From NCBI RefSeq assembly GCF_963921235.1, contig NC_086108.1:35156001-35220000 (forward strand): a stretch of 64,000 nucleotides of DNA. Reading direction: 5' to 3'. The position numbers and the translations under genes are program-made. Of this stretch, positions 46,301-58,675 are shown one piece after another. The notes beneath the pieces are model-generated. The model did not search any database, was not told the DNA's origin, and worked only from the letters and a program-made list of their open reading frames with translations. Position 1 is the stretch's first letter. Each line of letters starts with the position of its first letter. Source of the DNA: Mobula hypostoma (taxonomy: Eukaryota).

Positions 46301-49300
46301 AATCATTAAGCTCTTGCCTCTCTTGGAGCTTGAACGTCTATGAATTCTGAGTAGATCTTCTTTGCCTTTGAAGTCAATTTTGCAGGTGATTTGGTTTTCT
46401 TGTAGTCTTCACAGGCCAGCCAGAACTCAATGTTCTCCTCACTGTATTCAGAGCGAAGGAAAGCTCTAAAGGCAGCCAAACCATCTGACAGGGGGCAAAG
46501 ATGCCAAGTCATTACCACAGCTTAAACATTGTTTTATTCTGTAGTTTCTGTTGTAAAGAGTCAGTGAGTATCTAAATGGTTCAACATTAGAAGAAGAAAA
46601 TCACCTGAAATATAACTTTTGTGTACAGTACCACTTTAGAGAGGACAGTTCTGTTCAAAATTTCTGGCTCGCTTGCCTAACTCCTGCAGGAGCATGTGGA
46701 AATAGATGCCAGCCAGAGACTGTCATACTTTGGCAACACAGGTAGGCATATGATCTGTTTCTATAGCTGTGCATAGCTTTGCCAAAATCATAATTGGTTG
46801 ACAGAGGAAGTGTCAGGAATTTTGGGCCCAATTTAGACTTGTGATCAACTTGCCACTTTACAAATAGGCCTGAGCTTGTTGACAAATGCCATTTGCTTTT
46901 CTCAATGGTGAAACATTTTTGTTGCCATTTCTCTAGACAGATCAGTACTCCCCATTGGATGGCAGTGAAAGCAATTTCTTCAGCCAAATAGTTTCCACTC
47001 TTATCATGGTCATTCCCTTTGTGCTCTCCACTGCTTCCCATCCCTGCAACTTTAATCACGATTGGTGAAGAGCCATTTTCTGGAAATTTTAACTCTTACT
47101 CTCTGAAAAGTTACTGCCAGACCAGCTGAGTATCACAGACTGGTGGGTTAATAGTCTACTGTATATTGCGTCTAGTTTGTAGATGAGGGATAGAATCTGG
47201 GAGAGTTGTTAGGAATGTGGGGAGAATATGTTACAGAGGTTAGTGAAGGATTGTGATTACACTGTGGGCCAGTGTAGACTCAATAGGTAGAATGGTCATC
47301 TATACCCTTTGGTAAATAGATACAGAGTGGTAAAGACAGAAATATTCCCAACATTTTTCCTTTTGTTGTGTTATTATTTATGATGCTGTTAGCTGTGTCA
47401 ATAAATGGGATATTTTCCTCTCATCCCTCAATTCAAAACATGGCCAATCTTCCCCTTCCTTCCAAAGGAAATTAATGATTTTATTATTTATTATTTATCT
47501 ATCTGCCTATAGTTCTATTTGTCTGCTTGTTTCTTTGTTTGTTTGTTTGTTTATTTATTTATTTAGCGATGCAGCGTGATAACAGGCAGTTCCAGCCCAA
47601 TACAATGAAATGTCCTGATGAAGGGTCTCGGCTCGAAACGTTGACTGTACCTCTTTCTATAGATGCTGCCTGACCTGCTGCGTTCACGAGCATTTTTTTA
47701 TGTGTGTTCAATGAAAATTATCCCTCAATTGTTGTCTTTAAGTTAAGGTTGATCTATATTATAGCCAGGGCAATAATATAGCATCTATGAATTGGAATTT
47801 TTGCACCTAGAATTGTTTCATTTATATTTGAATACTTCAAATACTTTTTTTAAAAAGTTCATTGAAATAGGTAAATGGAGAAGACTGTGTGAGGGCAGAT
47901 AGGATAATCTTTGGAAACAACACTCTTGTGCCTGAGGAGTGAAGTTGGAGGAGCCCTGCACAACACACCAGCAATTAGGGCAGAAGGGAGATTCTGGGAA
48001 GGAGGTAGATAGGCATTTACTTTGGAAAGTAACCGTGAGGGGATAGAATCAATGAAGGAGTGCTATTTAGTAGTGGACCTGTTCTTTGAATGAGCACATC
48101 ATCAAGTTTTGTCATATCTGTTCTTTCTTGAGATAACTGAGAAAATATTGATTGTCTAAGAAGACTTAAACGCATACCCTCTACCACAAAATCATCTTTT
48201 TTTCAAGCCTCAGCGCATACAAAGCTTTCCATTTTTTTTTCCAAATTAAACCTCATCCCATTATGAGCCTGTTTTCCCTGGCTGCTCTCTTGGAACCATT
48301 AGATCCTGACTGACCCTAGGTGCTGTTGAATTTCTAAAACCATAGATTTGCACCACTGCCTTTTACTTGTAATGACATCGGGCTTCACTGTATATGCACA
48401 ATAATGTCTGCTTTGAAGCCTAATATTTCTTGTGGCTGCGCCTGTGTAAATATCAATTCTTGAGTAGCCAAATTATCATCATGTGACAATGTTTTATGAT
48501 GCCCGAGAAGATGTGTTCATGAGAAACGTAACTGGGGCACATGATTTGAGGTCTTTTCTCATGCCCCTGATGATATAATCACAGTTTAACCCTGTTTCTC
48601 AGCCTCTCAGGAATTCCAGAGTGGTGGAACAGGCCACAATGACTTAATGTTGTTCTCAAAAATGCATTAACTCCACTTTTGTTTACAAAATCCAGCTGGA
48701 TTTGAGATGTTTGGAAGTGAACAGAAGCATTTTTGTGCCTATGCCCATGTCTACCAGTGTAATTTTTGGCCAGTAAGATTTTGGACAGCAAGCATTAGTT
48801 ATCTTTGATCTTATTTGGATCATTCTTTTGATTCTAACTGTGACAAAATTCTACATGCTACTTTAAACTCCAATAACTTTCTGAGGCTTTGGTTTTGAAG
48901 TTAAAATATCTCTTTTTCATGAAGAAATGTCAATCTTGTTAATGACATATTTCTTCCATGAAAAATTTCTTATTCAGGAATGTAAAATGGGGCTCATATA
49001 ATTCTTTACCCTTTATGTCACCTTATTTCAAGATGCCATGACTTAATGCACACTTTGTGTCACTACAGGTTCACATTAGAAAAAATTGCTATCCACAATT
49101 TGAAAGGGTTAAAGTGAAAGAAAGGTATATTCTTCAAAGTATTACAATTCCCTCTCTTCTTAATGTGTGCTGCTATATTTAGAAAAGGAAGAACAGTTTC
49201 ATCTGACTTGGTAAAAAAAAGATAACCCAGTGTGAAATAAATCTTCAAATATCCGGGAGAACAGTCAGGAGGAAAGTTTGCAATGCAGCTTTCAATAGGG

Positions 49301-52300
49301 CAGTGGATAACTTGTAAAATATCGCAAAGCTATGGGGGAGGAATGGGACGGCTACAATTGGAATTGGTTTTGTTATTGTCACATGTACCAGAGTACAGTG
49401 AAAATTTGATCTTACATACAGATCAAAACATAACACAGTGCATTGAAGTGGAACAGTTAAGACAATAACAGAATGCAGAGGAAAGTGTAACAGCTACAGA
49501 GAAAGTGCCGTGTGATGACCAGAATAGAAATAAAGAACTGAATGCTCTCCTTTGCAGGTTGGGGGTATTTTTTTCTGTGCTGATAAACTTTGACTTTCTT
49601 ATCTTGTTATTTATACATGAGTCAAATTCATCAGTAATTGACAGGCATGTCAATCACAGTGGCCTCGCAACTAAGCCTGGAGGTTGGGGATGACCATTTT
49701 GCTCTTTCGCACTGCGGGTTAACGGCTATTTCTTGAACTGGATAAGTGTGAAGGTTTATGTTTTTCAAAGCATAGCTGGGGGTGGGGGATGAGTGAGGAG
49801 AGAGAAAGAAAACATATTGATACATTTGAAGAAGACACAGCAGTGGGAATACTTCATTAGCAGTCTGGGGAGTTTCAGTATATTACCAAAGACACTACGA
49901 AATTTCTACAGATGTACAGCAACCTGATTGGTTGCATCACTACCTGGTATGGAGATTCCAACATGCAGGATCAAAAGAGGCTGCAGAGAGATGTAGGTTA
50001 AGTCAACTCCCTCAAGGCCTCAAACAACTATTGAGGACATCTTCAAAAGGCAGTAGCTCAGGAAGGTGACATCGATCATTAAGGACCCTTATCATCTGGG
50101 ACATGACCTGTTTTTGTTATTACTGTTACAGAGGAAGTACAGGAACCTAAAGACACACACTTAATGTTTTAGGAACAGCTTCTTCGCCTCCACCATCAGT
50201 TTTCTAAACTGTCCATCAACCTATGAACACTACCTCACTATTGCACTATCATTTATTTTATTTTTTTAATTGCACCTTATAGTAATTTTTTACATCTAAC
50301 GTTTCTTGCTGCTGCCATAAAAAAAAGCACATTTCGCATCATATGTCAGTGATGATAAACTTCATTCTGATTCTGAATCCCTAATTGTTTTCCTTCCTTG
50401 AAAAAGTTTTATTTGTTTTGTCGCATCTTTCTAAGAACTTACTGCTCTCCTGTCACTCAGAAGGTTAACATTCCACCAGCCACACTTAACATCCAAAAGG
50501 GACTGAATAGATAACAGTTTAATAAAACAAAGAAAAAAATCTAAAACCTTTTAATGTTAGTTTTACAAGACAAAAACAGTTCAATGAAGTATGATACTAT
50601 ATATCAAACATTATACTATTTTTATATTGTTAGTTTTGGGTGGTTAAATCACTAATCTCAGTTGTCATTTTATTCACTGTCTCAGTAGAAAACCAAAAAG
50701 TTTAAGTGTACTTACACTTATGATCCAGAAGCAAATGGAATGATTCGGTCCATTGCACAGCTTCCTCTGTGGACAATCTTTTGAAGGACCAGCAAAGAAT
50801 ATCAGTTACTATCATCTCAACTCATCTCAGTCCAACATTATATAGAATTTTCAAGCATGGCTGAGAACTGATTTGATTTTATATTTACAGTTTATTTTTC
50901 AATATGTCCTGCCATCTTCTGCTTATATCCAGAGGTATCATCACATCAACCTGTAGGTTCCACAAAAATAAGCCAATGGTCCATATGAACCTCTTCCAAT
51001 TATGTCTTGTCTCATCATCTCTTATTTTCATTCCTCTCTCCCTCAGGTATTTCCCTAGCTTGTCATTGATTGCTGTCTCCTTTCTGAATACATGAATGTG
51101 TGGAATATATACAGTATGAGTGAATTAAATTCATTTGCCACTACTAGTGATATTTTTTGGCAATGGTCTCCTGGTATTAATTACTGAAGGATTGTGGGAA
51201 AGTTCTGGGACTCCTAAGTACGAGATCAGCCAAGCTTCTATTGAAAGGTGGATCTGGTTAAAAGGGCTGATTTGACCAACTCCTTCTTTTGCTATAACCC
51301 GTATAATTGTGTATAACTTGTATATAATTAAATTTTATGTTTTTCTTGTGAATGCTACCTATAAGCTGCTTTGTGCCTGTGATGCCAAAGTATGTCTTTA
51401 TTGCATCTGTGCATACATGTACTTCTGCATATGACAAAAAACTCTACTTTGACTTTGAATTTGACCTGTCCACTCTTTACCAAGAGCTTGGAGCTTTCTA
51501 ACTGTGGATGAGCTTGTGCCTATCAAAGCTAAGGACATTCTATCTCATCAGAGCATATGTCCAGCTCCTTCTCACCATTTCTATTCCACTCATTACTTCT
51601 ACACTGGACTGTTAGTGCAGCTCTGAACGTACGGATAAGATGCAGGAGTAGACCTTTTAGCTTCTTGAGCATGCTTCACCATTCACAAACAGCATCGGGC
51701 CACATTGCCACCCACCCGTAGTAAGCTTTCAGTCCTTTTACTTTTCAAAATATTCCTTCCATATTCCTTCAAAATATTCAATGGTCTTTGAGGAAAATAA
51801 ATTCCAGAGACTCACAGCCCTCTGAGAGAGAACAGAACAGCTAATTCTGTTGTAAATTGTCAATACTTTATTGTTAAATAGTGGTCCCTAGTTCTAGATT
51901 CTCCCATAAGAGGAAGTATTCTCTCAACATCCATCTTTCAAGATCCCTCAGGATCTGAAATATATTTTAATCTTTAACAAAGATTTAATTTTGCAGAAAA
52001 TATCACAGAAGATTTATACTGTAGAATTTACACAAACACAATCTAAGAGACCTTTAAGCTTTTGCACACAGTGCAACATTTTGGCTAGATCTGAGCATAT
52101 AAATAGCAATCATTTTCCAATCAAAAAATTATTGCAATGATTTCCAGATCAGATGGAACCACTCCAGAAATTTGACCGAGCTCTTACATTTGCACCAGTG
52201 CCATAATTTCTACATCAGACGTAAGTGAAGTTGTTGCCCAGTAAGTTAGGTCATCTTGTTCTGAGCTGCATTTGTTGATATTTTGGATGATTGCCCACTG

Positions 52301-52983
52301 AGCCAGGAATTCCATGCAGATTCTGTTCCTTAACTTGTCATATTTAGGCACACAGCACCGGACCACCTCGACTCATGGATCTCCTTCCCTCCCTTTAAAG
52401 CCGAATTACACCTTCCAATCCTCAACCGCCTTGACTCTGGTTCTGACTGCACGACCCCAGTACTGAGCCTCCTCAATCCCAGACCCAACTCATTGTCTGA
52501 CCTTCTGGCAGCCTTTATCCCCCTTGGCACCCAGACCATGGCACAGGTCCTGGGCTACTTGAGATATTCCTTGCTACAGTACATGGACGGATAGGTTTAT
52601 GGGCTGCTGTTGATGCAAAATACCTTGACCTCAGACTTGGAGAAATTTATCGCAGCAAGTCTTCATCCAAAATATCCATTAGGCGCATGACATTGGCAAC
52701 TGTTTAACACATTTCCCCCACGACACCAAATACCTAGCTTGATAGGTTTACATTCAAAAGGTTCCTAATTGTTTATTTTCTGTAAAGGAGGTTCAGAGAG
52801 GTGCTTCCTCCATAAATTTACTGTATAGTCTACTGAGTAGGCCCTGCGGTTGTTATGGCAAGCATTATTCAGCAAACCCTAGTCATGGAAAGGGCTTTCC
52901 ATTGGGAAGACCAGGTTACACACAAACCTTGGGGCTTCCTTCAGATGTAAATGATGCTTTCCTCTGAGTGTGTGTGTGCATGC

Positions 52984-53049
<66 letters not shown>

Positions 53050-54225
53050 TAGATCATTTATGTTTTTCTGCAAAGTGGACATTCTAATAGGAAAGGATGA
53101 CAATATCGCCCTTCACAGCCTTGCTTTGGACCTGAGCGCATTCAAAGGATCACTCAGGGAGGAATTTCACTGGGTGTCACAGGGGTGACATATGCTGATA
53201 CCCCATACTGTTTCCTCCAATGATATCATCCCATCCAATGTTGCGACCGCTCTCCCGCAAAGCCTGCATTGGTGGAGGCTGGAGGCATGAGGAGTTGTCC
53301 TTGCCTGGCTGTTGCTACTGTTCTTGTGCACTCTCCCACTAAAGCCAAGAATCAGCATTCGTCCAAGTCCCAAAATAAGTTATGTGTGTGGTCCGCCAGA
53401 TGGACCTGTGCTTCATTGTCTGGAAGGGCTAATGACTGTGAATTGCTTGGTATTATTGCTGCCTACTGAAAGAAAATAAAATGAAACCAAATTTGCTCAT
53501 CTTTGAATCATACTGCCTTTCAGCATAAAAATAATAGATGAAAGAGTAAAGATCCAAACTGGAAAGTCACATTTTAGCCTTTTCCACAGTGTTTGCCTGG
53601 ATTTTGATTCATTTTATTGACAGTTCCTGCCCTCTGTACCACTGACCCTATCCCTAAAATAAAAAAAGTTGGCTTTTCAAAAGTAAGATCTGCTTTGTAC
53701 TTCAATTACGAGTTAGCAGTGTATTTTTTTTTTCACCCCCCCAACCTCGCTGAATCTGTATTACCATTTTGCCAGTTCACAACTGACCTGGACCTCAAGT
53801 CCACTGAAATATCTTTTAAACTCATCATCTGGTACCTAATGCAGCAGAACCCAGCACTGTCCACAGGCAAATGAGTTTAATACATGCTGCTACTTAAAGC
53901 TAATGCCTCTCAAAGTCCAACCCTCCGTTCCCGTTGTAAGAGGAGAAAACAGGTAAGGCTGGCCAACAGAGCTCTGGTGACGCAGGAAAGGCTAATCTCC
54001 TGTACAGTAGATGCAATCGGGTGCAGACGGAGATTTTTTTCTTTGATGCTTTAAAAAGATAGAACTAATTAATTATTTTCATTCCTCCCCTCCCCCCGCC
54101 AACATTCCAGTAACAATTACTTACTTTAAGCATCTGATTGGCTTCTCGTGTCTACTGGGGAGAAACGAGCTGAAGTCGCTGTAGGAGTCGGACTTCTGTG
54201 ATAAGCAGCCCAGCCGTGTCTTCAT
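43127..54225 (-). CDS. RGS8: Regulator of G-protein signalling 8, spliced CDS join(54225..54125,50777..50716,46484..46318,43327..43127), about 176 aa
   Basis: Exons splice in frame (phases 2, 1, 0) to [86 protein letters not shown]...[16 protein letters not shown]...[30 protein letters not shown]. The motifs TRLGCLSx[25 protein letters not shown] and C-terminal QRRxS are RGS8-like. An upstream coding exon may exist. Confidence 0.9.
43959..45416 (-). mobile_element. hAT/Charlie (Buster-like) deleted transposon in an RGS8 intron, inserted into a CR1 fragment (about 43830-45690)
   Basis: Perfect 8-bp TSD gagtagag (43951-43958 and 45417-45424). Transposase remnant [22 protein letters not shown] (BED-finger region). 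Confidence 0.85.
46318..46484 (-). CDS. RGS8: RGS8 internal coding exon (RGS domain core)
   Basis: Acceptor ctttgccccctgtcag|AT. 167 nt encoding (Y)[29 protein letters not shown]...DVQAPRE. Donor GAG|GCAAGA (GC type). Confidence 0.92.
47612..47647 (+). ncRNA. Minimal type-I hammerhead ribozyme motif from a Penelope terminal fragment (47610-47705)
   Basis: GTC-CTGATGA-AGGGTCTCGGCTC-GAAAC-GTT-GAC: intact CUGAUGA and GAAAC boxes, a stem II hairpin, stem I GTC/GAC and an NUH triplet GUU. Confidence 0.65.
49820..50375 (+). mobile_element. Rex1/Babar 3' fragment
   Basis: aatttctacagatgtaca..ggttgcatcactacctggtatgg..aggaacagcttcttc, ending gatgataaacttcattctgattctga. Confidence 0.7.
50716..50777 (-). 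CDS. RGS8: RGS8 internal coding exon
   Basis: Acceptor ttctttgctggtccttcaaaag|A. 62 nt encoding [20 protein letters not shown]. Donor T|GTAAGT. Confidence 0.9.
52968..53050. repeat. Compound (GT)n(GA)n microsatellite
   Basis: Seen directly in the sequence. Confidence 0.95.
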
Positions 54226-54235
54226 CGCTCTGGAC
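54125..54235 (-). CDS. RGS8: RGS8 exon containing MKTRLGCLS (ATG at 54225)
   Basis: Acceptor tgtgtgtcctcacag|G. 111 nt encoding [36 protein letters not shown]. Donor AA|GTAAGT. Confidence 0.88.
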
Positions 54236-55875
54236 CTGTGAGGACACACAACAGTCCCAGTCTTTGAAAGGAATCCCTGCTTTCTGGTGCTGTACAATGA
54301 AACTTAAAGAAGGAAGTGCGCACTGCAAAGATCACATACAGTAGGATTCCTTCAAACATAGCACTGATCCTGAAGTAAGACGAAGTTACAGATAGGCAGG
54401 GGCAGACTGAGATGAGATCATGAGTACTCTCGCCATTTAACAGATTTAACTCCTGATTGTTTCTTTTCACTGACTGCAGCTTGGAATAAAAGTTGGGCGG
54501 GGGGGGGGAATGCAAAAGAAATGGATGCTTACTTGTGATTACACTTTCATGTAAACAGGGATTTAGGGACAGGCACGAATGTGAAAATGTGCATTGCAGG
54601 GGGACCAGCCCTTGAGCTGTCAATATTGATTTCGACAGTTTTGGAGGAGTATTTAGACTGGGTGGGGCGTCCACTGTCATTCCATGTAGGATTTTGGCAG
54701 TTCCCAGAAATTCCCATTGCAACAACAATTCTGCGATTAGGTTTTAGCTTTCTGAGCCTCTGACTACAGCACAGAGGCAGCTGTATCAGTTGGGTGACTG
54801 CCAAATATCGCCTGGGAGTTATTCAACTCAAGACTGGCTTGAAGTTGATCCCTGAAGGACAGATGCCCATGTTAGGGAGCCACATAGGACTTCCCGTGTC
54901 TAAGCTGGCATCACTCTGAGCAGCGAACTTTTGCTTAATAGGGCAGTGTTGGCAATACCAGTAGAATAAGCGTTCCACGTGGAACATCAACCATGCTTCT
55001 CGCAGCAAAACGTAACTGTGAGGATTTTGGTGGGGACCAGTGGAATGAAGAGAAAATGAAATTTGTGGCAGAAGTTGGGGCACTTTCAGAGAGATGAAGG
55101 CAAAGGGAGGATTTGGGGAATTCAATCAGAAAAGCAATCTGGGAGATCAGGAACAGAACTGTGGGGTTGAGGAGGAATGAGGACATTGAAGGTACGGAGG
55201 AGCAAAAATGTTGCAGGTGATGGAAATAATAAAAAGAAACTGGAAATTGTCAGCTGATTTGGTAGCATCTTCGGAAGCGGGCAGAGCTAACATTTCAGAT
55301 TGATAACCTTTCATCGTGACCTTTTGTTTCTCATACAATTCTAATGAAATATCATCAAACTGAAATACTAACCCTGTTTCTCTCTCTGCAGCTATTGCCT
55401 GATCTGAGTATTTTCTGTTTGTAGTTTGAATTTCCATCAGTATTTTTTTTTTTGTTACTTAGTTCACTCCACGGAATGCATCTCTCTTGGAACTACTGTA
55501 CCTTCACTGACCGGGGGGCAGGATATCAGTAAGAGCTGCAAGCTAAATCAATGTAATAATAATTCAGCAGTCTGCTCCTTGTGGGTGAAGCTCACCAGTA
55601 ACCAGTACCATGTCAATGTGCACTGTTTGCAAATATCTTTAACTGAATTCTGCTGAACATTTGCAATCTGACATTCTGTTCCTCAGTTCAATGATGAATG
55701 TTCATTTTCCTATTTAAAATTCTTTTGATAGCAAGGCAGGGGAATTTTACTGGAGTCACAGAAACTGCATGTTACAGTATAAGGAGGAGCATAGTTAATT
55801 TCAAAATCAGACCTTTGGATGTTGGGAATGCAAAGCAATCTTTAAAATAAACGCACAGATGTGCAATGCACCAGG

Positions 55876-55937
55876 AAGATAGGAAGAGCATTGCTCTCCG
55901 TTATGATAGGAAGAGCATTGCTCTCCGTTAAGATAGG
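55876..55937. repeat. 27-bp tandem duplication (2.3 copies)
   Basis: a(a/t)gataggaagagcattgctctccgtt repeated. The unit contains the inverted repeat agagca-t-tgctct. Confidence 0.85.
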
Positions 55938-56414
55938 AGGGACATGCACAGAAAGAATGGCTCAGACTGTGGACATTCACTGTTTCATTTGAAGATCCCA
56001 AAGAATTAACATATCTACTGTAGAATCCCATTTACAGTCTGCCCAACAGTCGATTGCAGTCTCTGGCCGGACTGGAGCAACCTCGATGCAAATGAGGTTC
56101 CGAATGGTGGAGACCTCAGACCGAGTCTCACACTCTAGCGAAGCCAGTATATAACACTGACCGCAGCAGCTTGCTCAGCTCACTGAATCTATTCGGTCTA
56201 CCTGCATGACACATCTTTCCTGAAGTGATTGTAATCGCAGCAGATAGCCAGGAGGGAAATGATGAAAATCACTTAGTCAGATGGGTGAATGCATATTGAA
56301 AATATTGTTTCTTTATGCCTGAGTCAATGTAGATTTGAGAATACTTTTTAATTTTGTTCTGAGCACTTTTGCGCAATACAATAAAGGGAAACAAGGGTGC
56401 ACTTAAGAACTAAG

Positions 56415-56705
56415 GAGATCTGGAGAATGCTGGAAATCCAAAGCAGCGCTCACAAGATGCTCGGGGACTCAGCAGGTCGGGCAGCGTCAATGGAGAGGAA
56501 TAAACATTAAAGATGAATAAAAGACATTTTGGGCTGAGACTCTTTTGCAGGACTGGAAGGGAATTGGGAAGAAGCCAAAATAAGAAGGTGATGGGAGAGG
56601 AAGAAGTACAATCTGGCATGTGATTGATGAAGCCAGGAGAGGGGGAGGTGGTTGGGTGGTGGCGGGCGGGGGGATGACCTGCTGAGTTCCTCCAGCATTT
56701 TGGGG
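56415..56705 (-). mobile_element. Penelope terminal-repeat remnant
   Basis: actcagcaggtcgggcagcgtc..gacattttgggctgagactc..caggactgg is homologous to 62695-62790. The hammerhead core is decayed. Confidence 0.55.
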
Positions 56706-56749
56706 GCATTTAATAATATCTTAGATAGACACATGGATGACAAAAAGAT

Positions 56750-57335
56750 AAAAGTTCAAAGTTCAAAGTAAATTTATTATCAAAGCACATATATGTCACC
56801 ATATACAACCCTGACAGTTGTTTTCTTACGGACATATACAGAAAATCCTAGAAACACAATGGATTCAATAAAAGACCGCACCCAACTGGATGGACAAACA
56901 ACCAATGTGCAAAAAGTAATAAGCTGTACAAATACAAAAAGAAAGAGGAAAAAAAAATAATAATAATATATAAGCAATAAATACCTAGAACATGAGATGA
57001 GGAGTCCTTGAAAATAAATTCATAGGTTACAGTAACAGTTCAGAAATGGGGCAAGTGAACTTGAGTGGAGTTATCCTCTCTGGTTCAAGAGCCTGATGGT
57101 TGAGGGTTAATATTGGTCCTGGTCCTGGTGGTGTGAGTCTTGAGGCTCCTGTACTGAGTGGTGAGAAGAGAGCATGGCCTGATGGTTGGTCCATGATGAT
57201 GGATGTTACTTTCTTGTGACAGCACTCTGTGTCGACGTGTTCAATGGTGGGGTGGCTTTTCCCATGATGAACTGAGTCGTATCCACTAATTTTTGTCAGA
57301 CTTCTCATTCAAGAGCACTGGTGTTTCCATATCAG
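56750..57335 (-). mobile_element. Rex1/Babar 3' end
   Basis: (TTTGAAC)n tail and 3'UTR homologous to 4672-5340. Confidence 0.65.
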
Positions 57336-57439
57336 GCCGAAAATGGAGGTCAATGTAGGAGGGAAGGGTTTGATTAATCTTCGAGTAGGTTAAATGTCCA
57401 GTGGGCCGAAGGGTCTATACTGTGCTGTAATGTTCTATG

Positions 57440-57952
57440 CTCCTGGAGAAACTTCTGAAATGCCTGCTTTGCTGCCGCTGCTACTGTGCGATTGAGAATC
57501 TCCGGAGGGGAAGGCCCCAAATCCTTGGCTTTGCCTATTGCCTGTTGCCGGGGCTGGGGTCGAAGCGCTCGGCAGAGATGGTGCTCAGTGCTCGTGTCGG
57601 AGAGCTGGTCAGAGGGTCGGAGTTTTCGGACGGACTCGGAGTCGGACTGCGGTCGGATGCTTCCGGGATGCTGCATCAGCAAGTTGGTGGCGCTGTAGGT
57701 TTACCGTCTGCCTGAGATGATGGGACTTCTGAGAGACTTTGAGACTTTTTACCGTGCCGTGGTCTGTTCTTATCAAATTACGGTATTGCTTTGCACTGTT
57801 GTAACTATATGTTATAATTATGTGGTTTTGTTAGTTTTTAAGTCGGTTTTTATGTGTTTCTGTGATATCATTCTGGATAAACATTGTATCATTTCTTAAC
57901 GCATGCATTACTTAACGACAATAAAAGAAGACTGCATGTCCTAATAATCTAA
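57440..57952 (+). mobile_element. 5'-truncated copy of the non-autonomous retroposon at 5722-6372
   Basis: Near-identical text cctggagaaacttct..gaatctccggaggggaaggccccaaatcc..acaataaaagaagactgcatgtcc. Confidence 0.8.
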
Positions 57953-58024
57953 TATTCTACAAAGAAGCTTTAACATTCTGACTTGACGAAGGTGCATGTT
58001 AATCGTGTATGAGGGAAATTGAAG

Positions 58025-58240
58025 CCGCACAGTAGTCCAGCTGGTAAGGCCGCTGCCTTGCAGCTACATCGAGCCAGGTTCAATCCTGACCCCTGGTGCT
58101 GTCTGTGTGGAGTTTGCACATTCTTCCTGTGACTGTGTGGGGTTCCTCCCACAAGCCAAAGTGGTATCGGCTGGTAGGTAAGTTGGCCACTGTATGTTAC
58201 TCATGGTGTGTAGGCGACTGAGACGATCTGGAGGGGTTAC
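58025..58240 (+). mobile_element. V-SINE/HE1-like SINE
   Basis: ggttcaatcctgacccctggtgctgtctgtgtggagtttgcacattcttcctgtgactgtgtggggttcctccc. Confidence 0.7.
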
Positions 58241-58363
58241 TGTGTCATAGAGAGATACGACACAGAAACAGACCACTGGCTCCACCTACTATCTATTGAT
58301 GGAAGTGGGTGCAATATAGATTACATAGTGTAAACGTAGTGGGGGTGGGGGGAATCAGATTGC

Positions 58364-58675
58364 AATAAAGGTATCCACTAGTCTTGCGAGACCATGGATC
58401 TGCGCCTGGAAAGTCTTCACTCTCCAGGGCACAGGCCAGGGCAAGGTTGTACGGGAGATCAGCAGTTGCCCATGCTGCAAGTCTCCCCTCTCCACGACAC
58501 TGATGTTGTCCAAGGGAAGGGCATTAGGACCCATACAGCTTGGCACCAGTGTCGTCGCAGAGCAATGTGTGATTAAGTGCCTTGCTCAAGGACACAACAC
58601 GTTCCCTTGGCTGCGGCTCGAACTCAGGACCTTCAGGTAGCTAGTCCAATGCCTTAACCACTTGGCCACGTGCCC
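58364..58675 (-). mobile_element. tRNA-derived SINE with an RTE-type 3' module
   Basis: Minus strand GGGCACGTGGCCAAGTGGTTAAGGC..GAGTTCGAGCC (A/B boxes), then gtgtccttgagcaaggcacttaa. The 3' part is shared with 7681-7757. Confidence 0.75.

Noticed and set aside
50895..51084. Open minus-strand frame with a cag acceptor inside the RGS8 intron
   Set aside because: The translation ([13 protein letters not shown]..) looks like a decayed CR1 3' end, and the RGS8 protein is complete without it.
54222..54728. 168-aa minus-strand ORF overlapping the RGS8 exon
   Set aside because: Out of frame with RGS8 (it stops at the MKTRL ATG), no recognisable domain, and it spans intron-like sequence.
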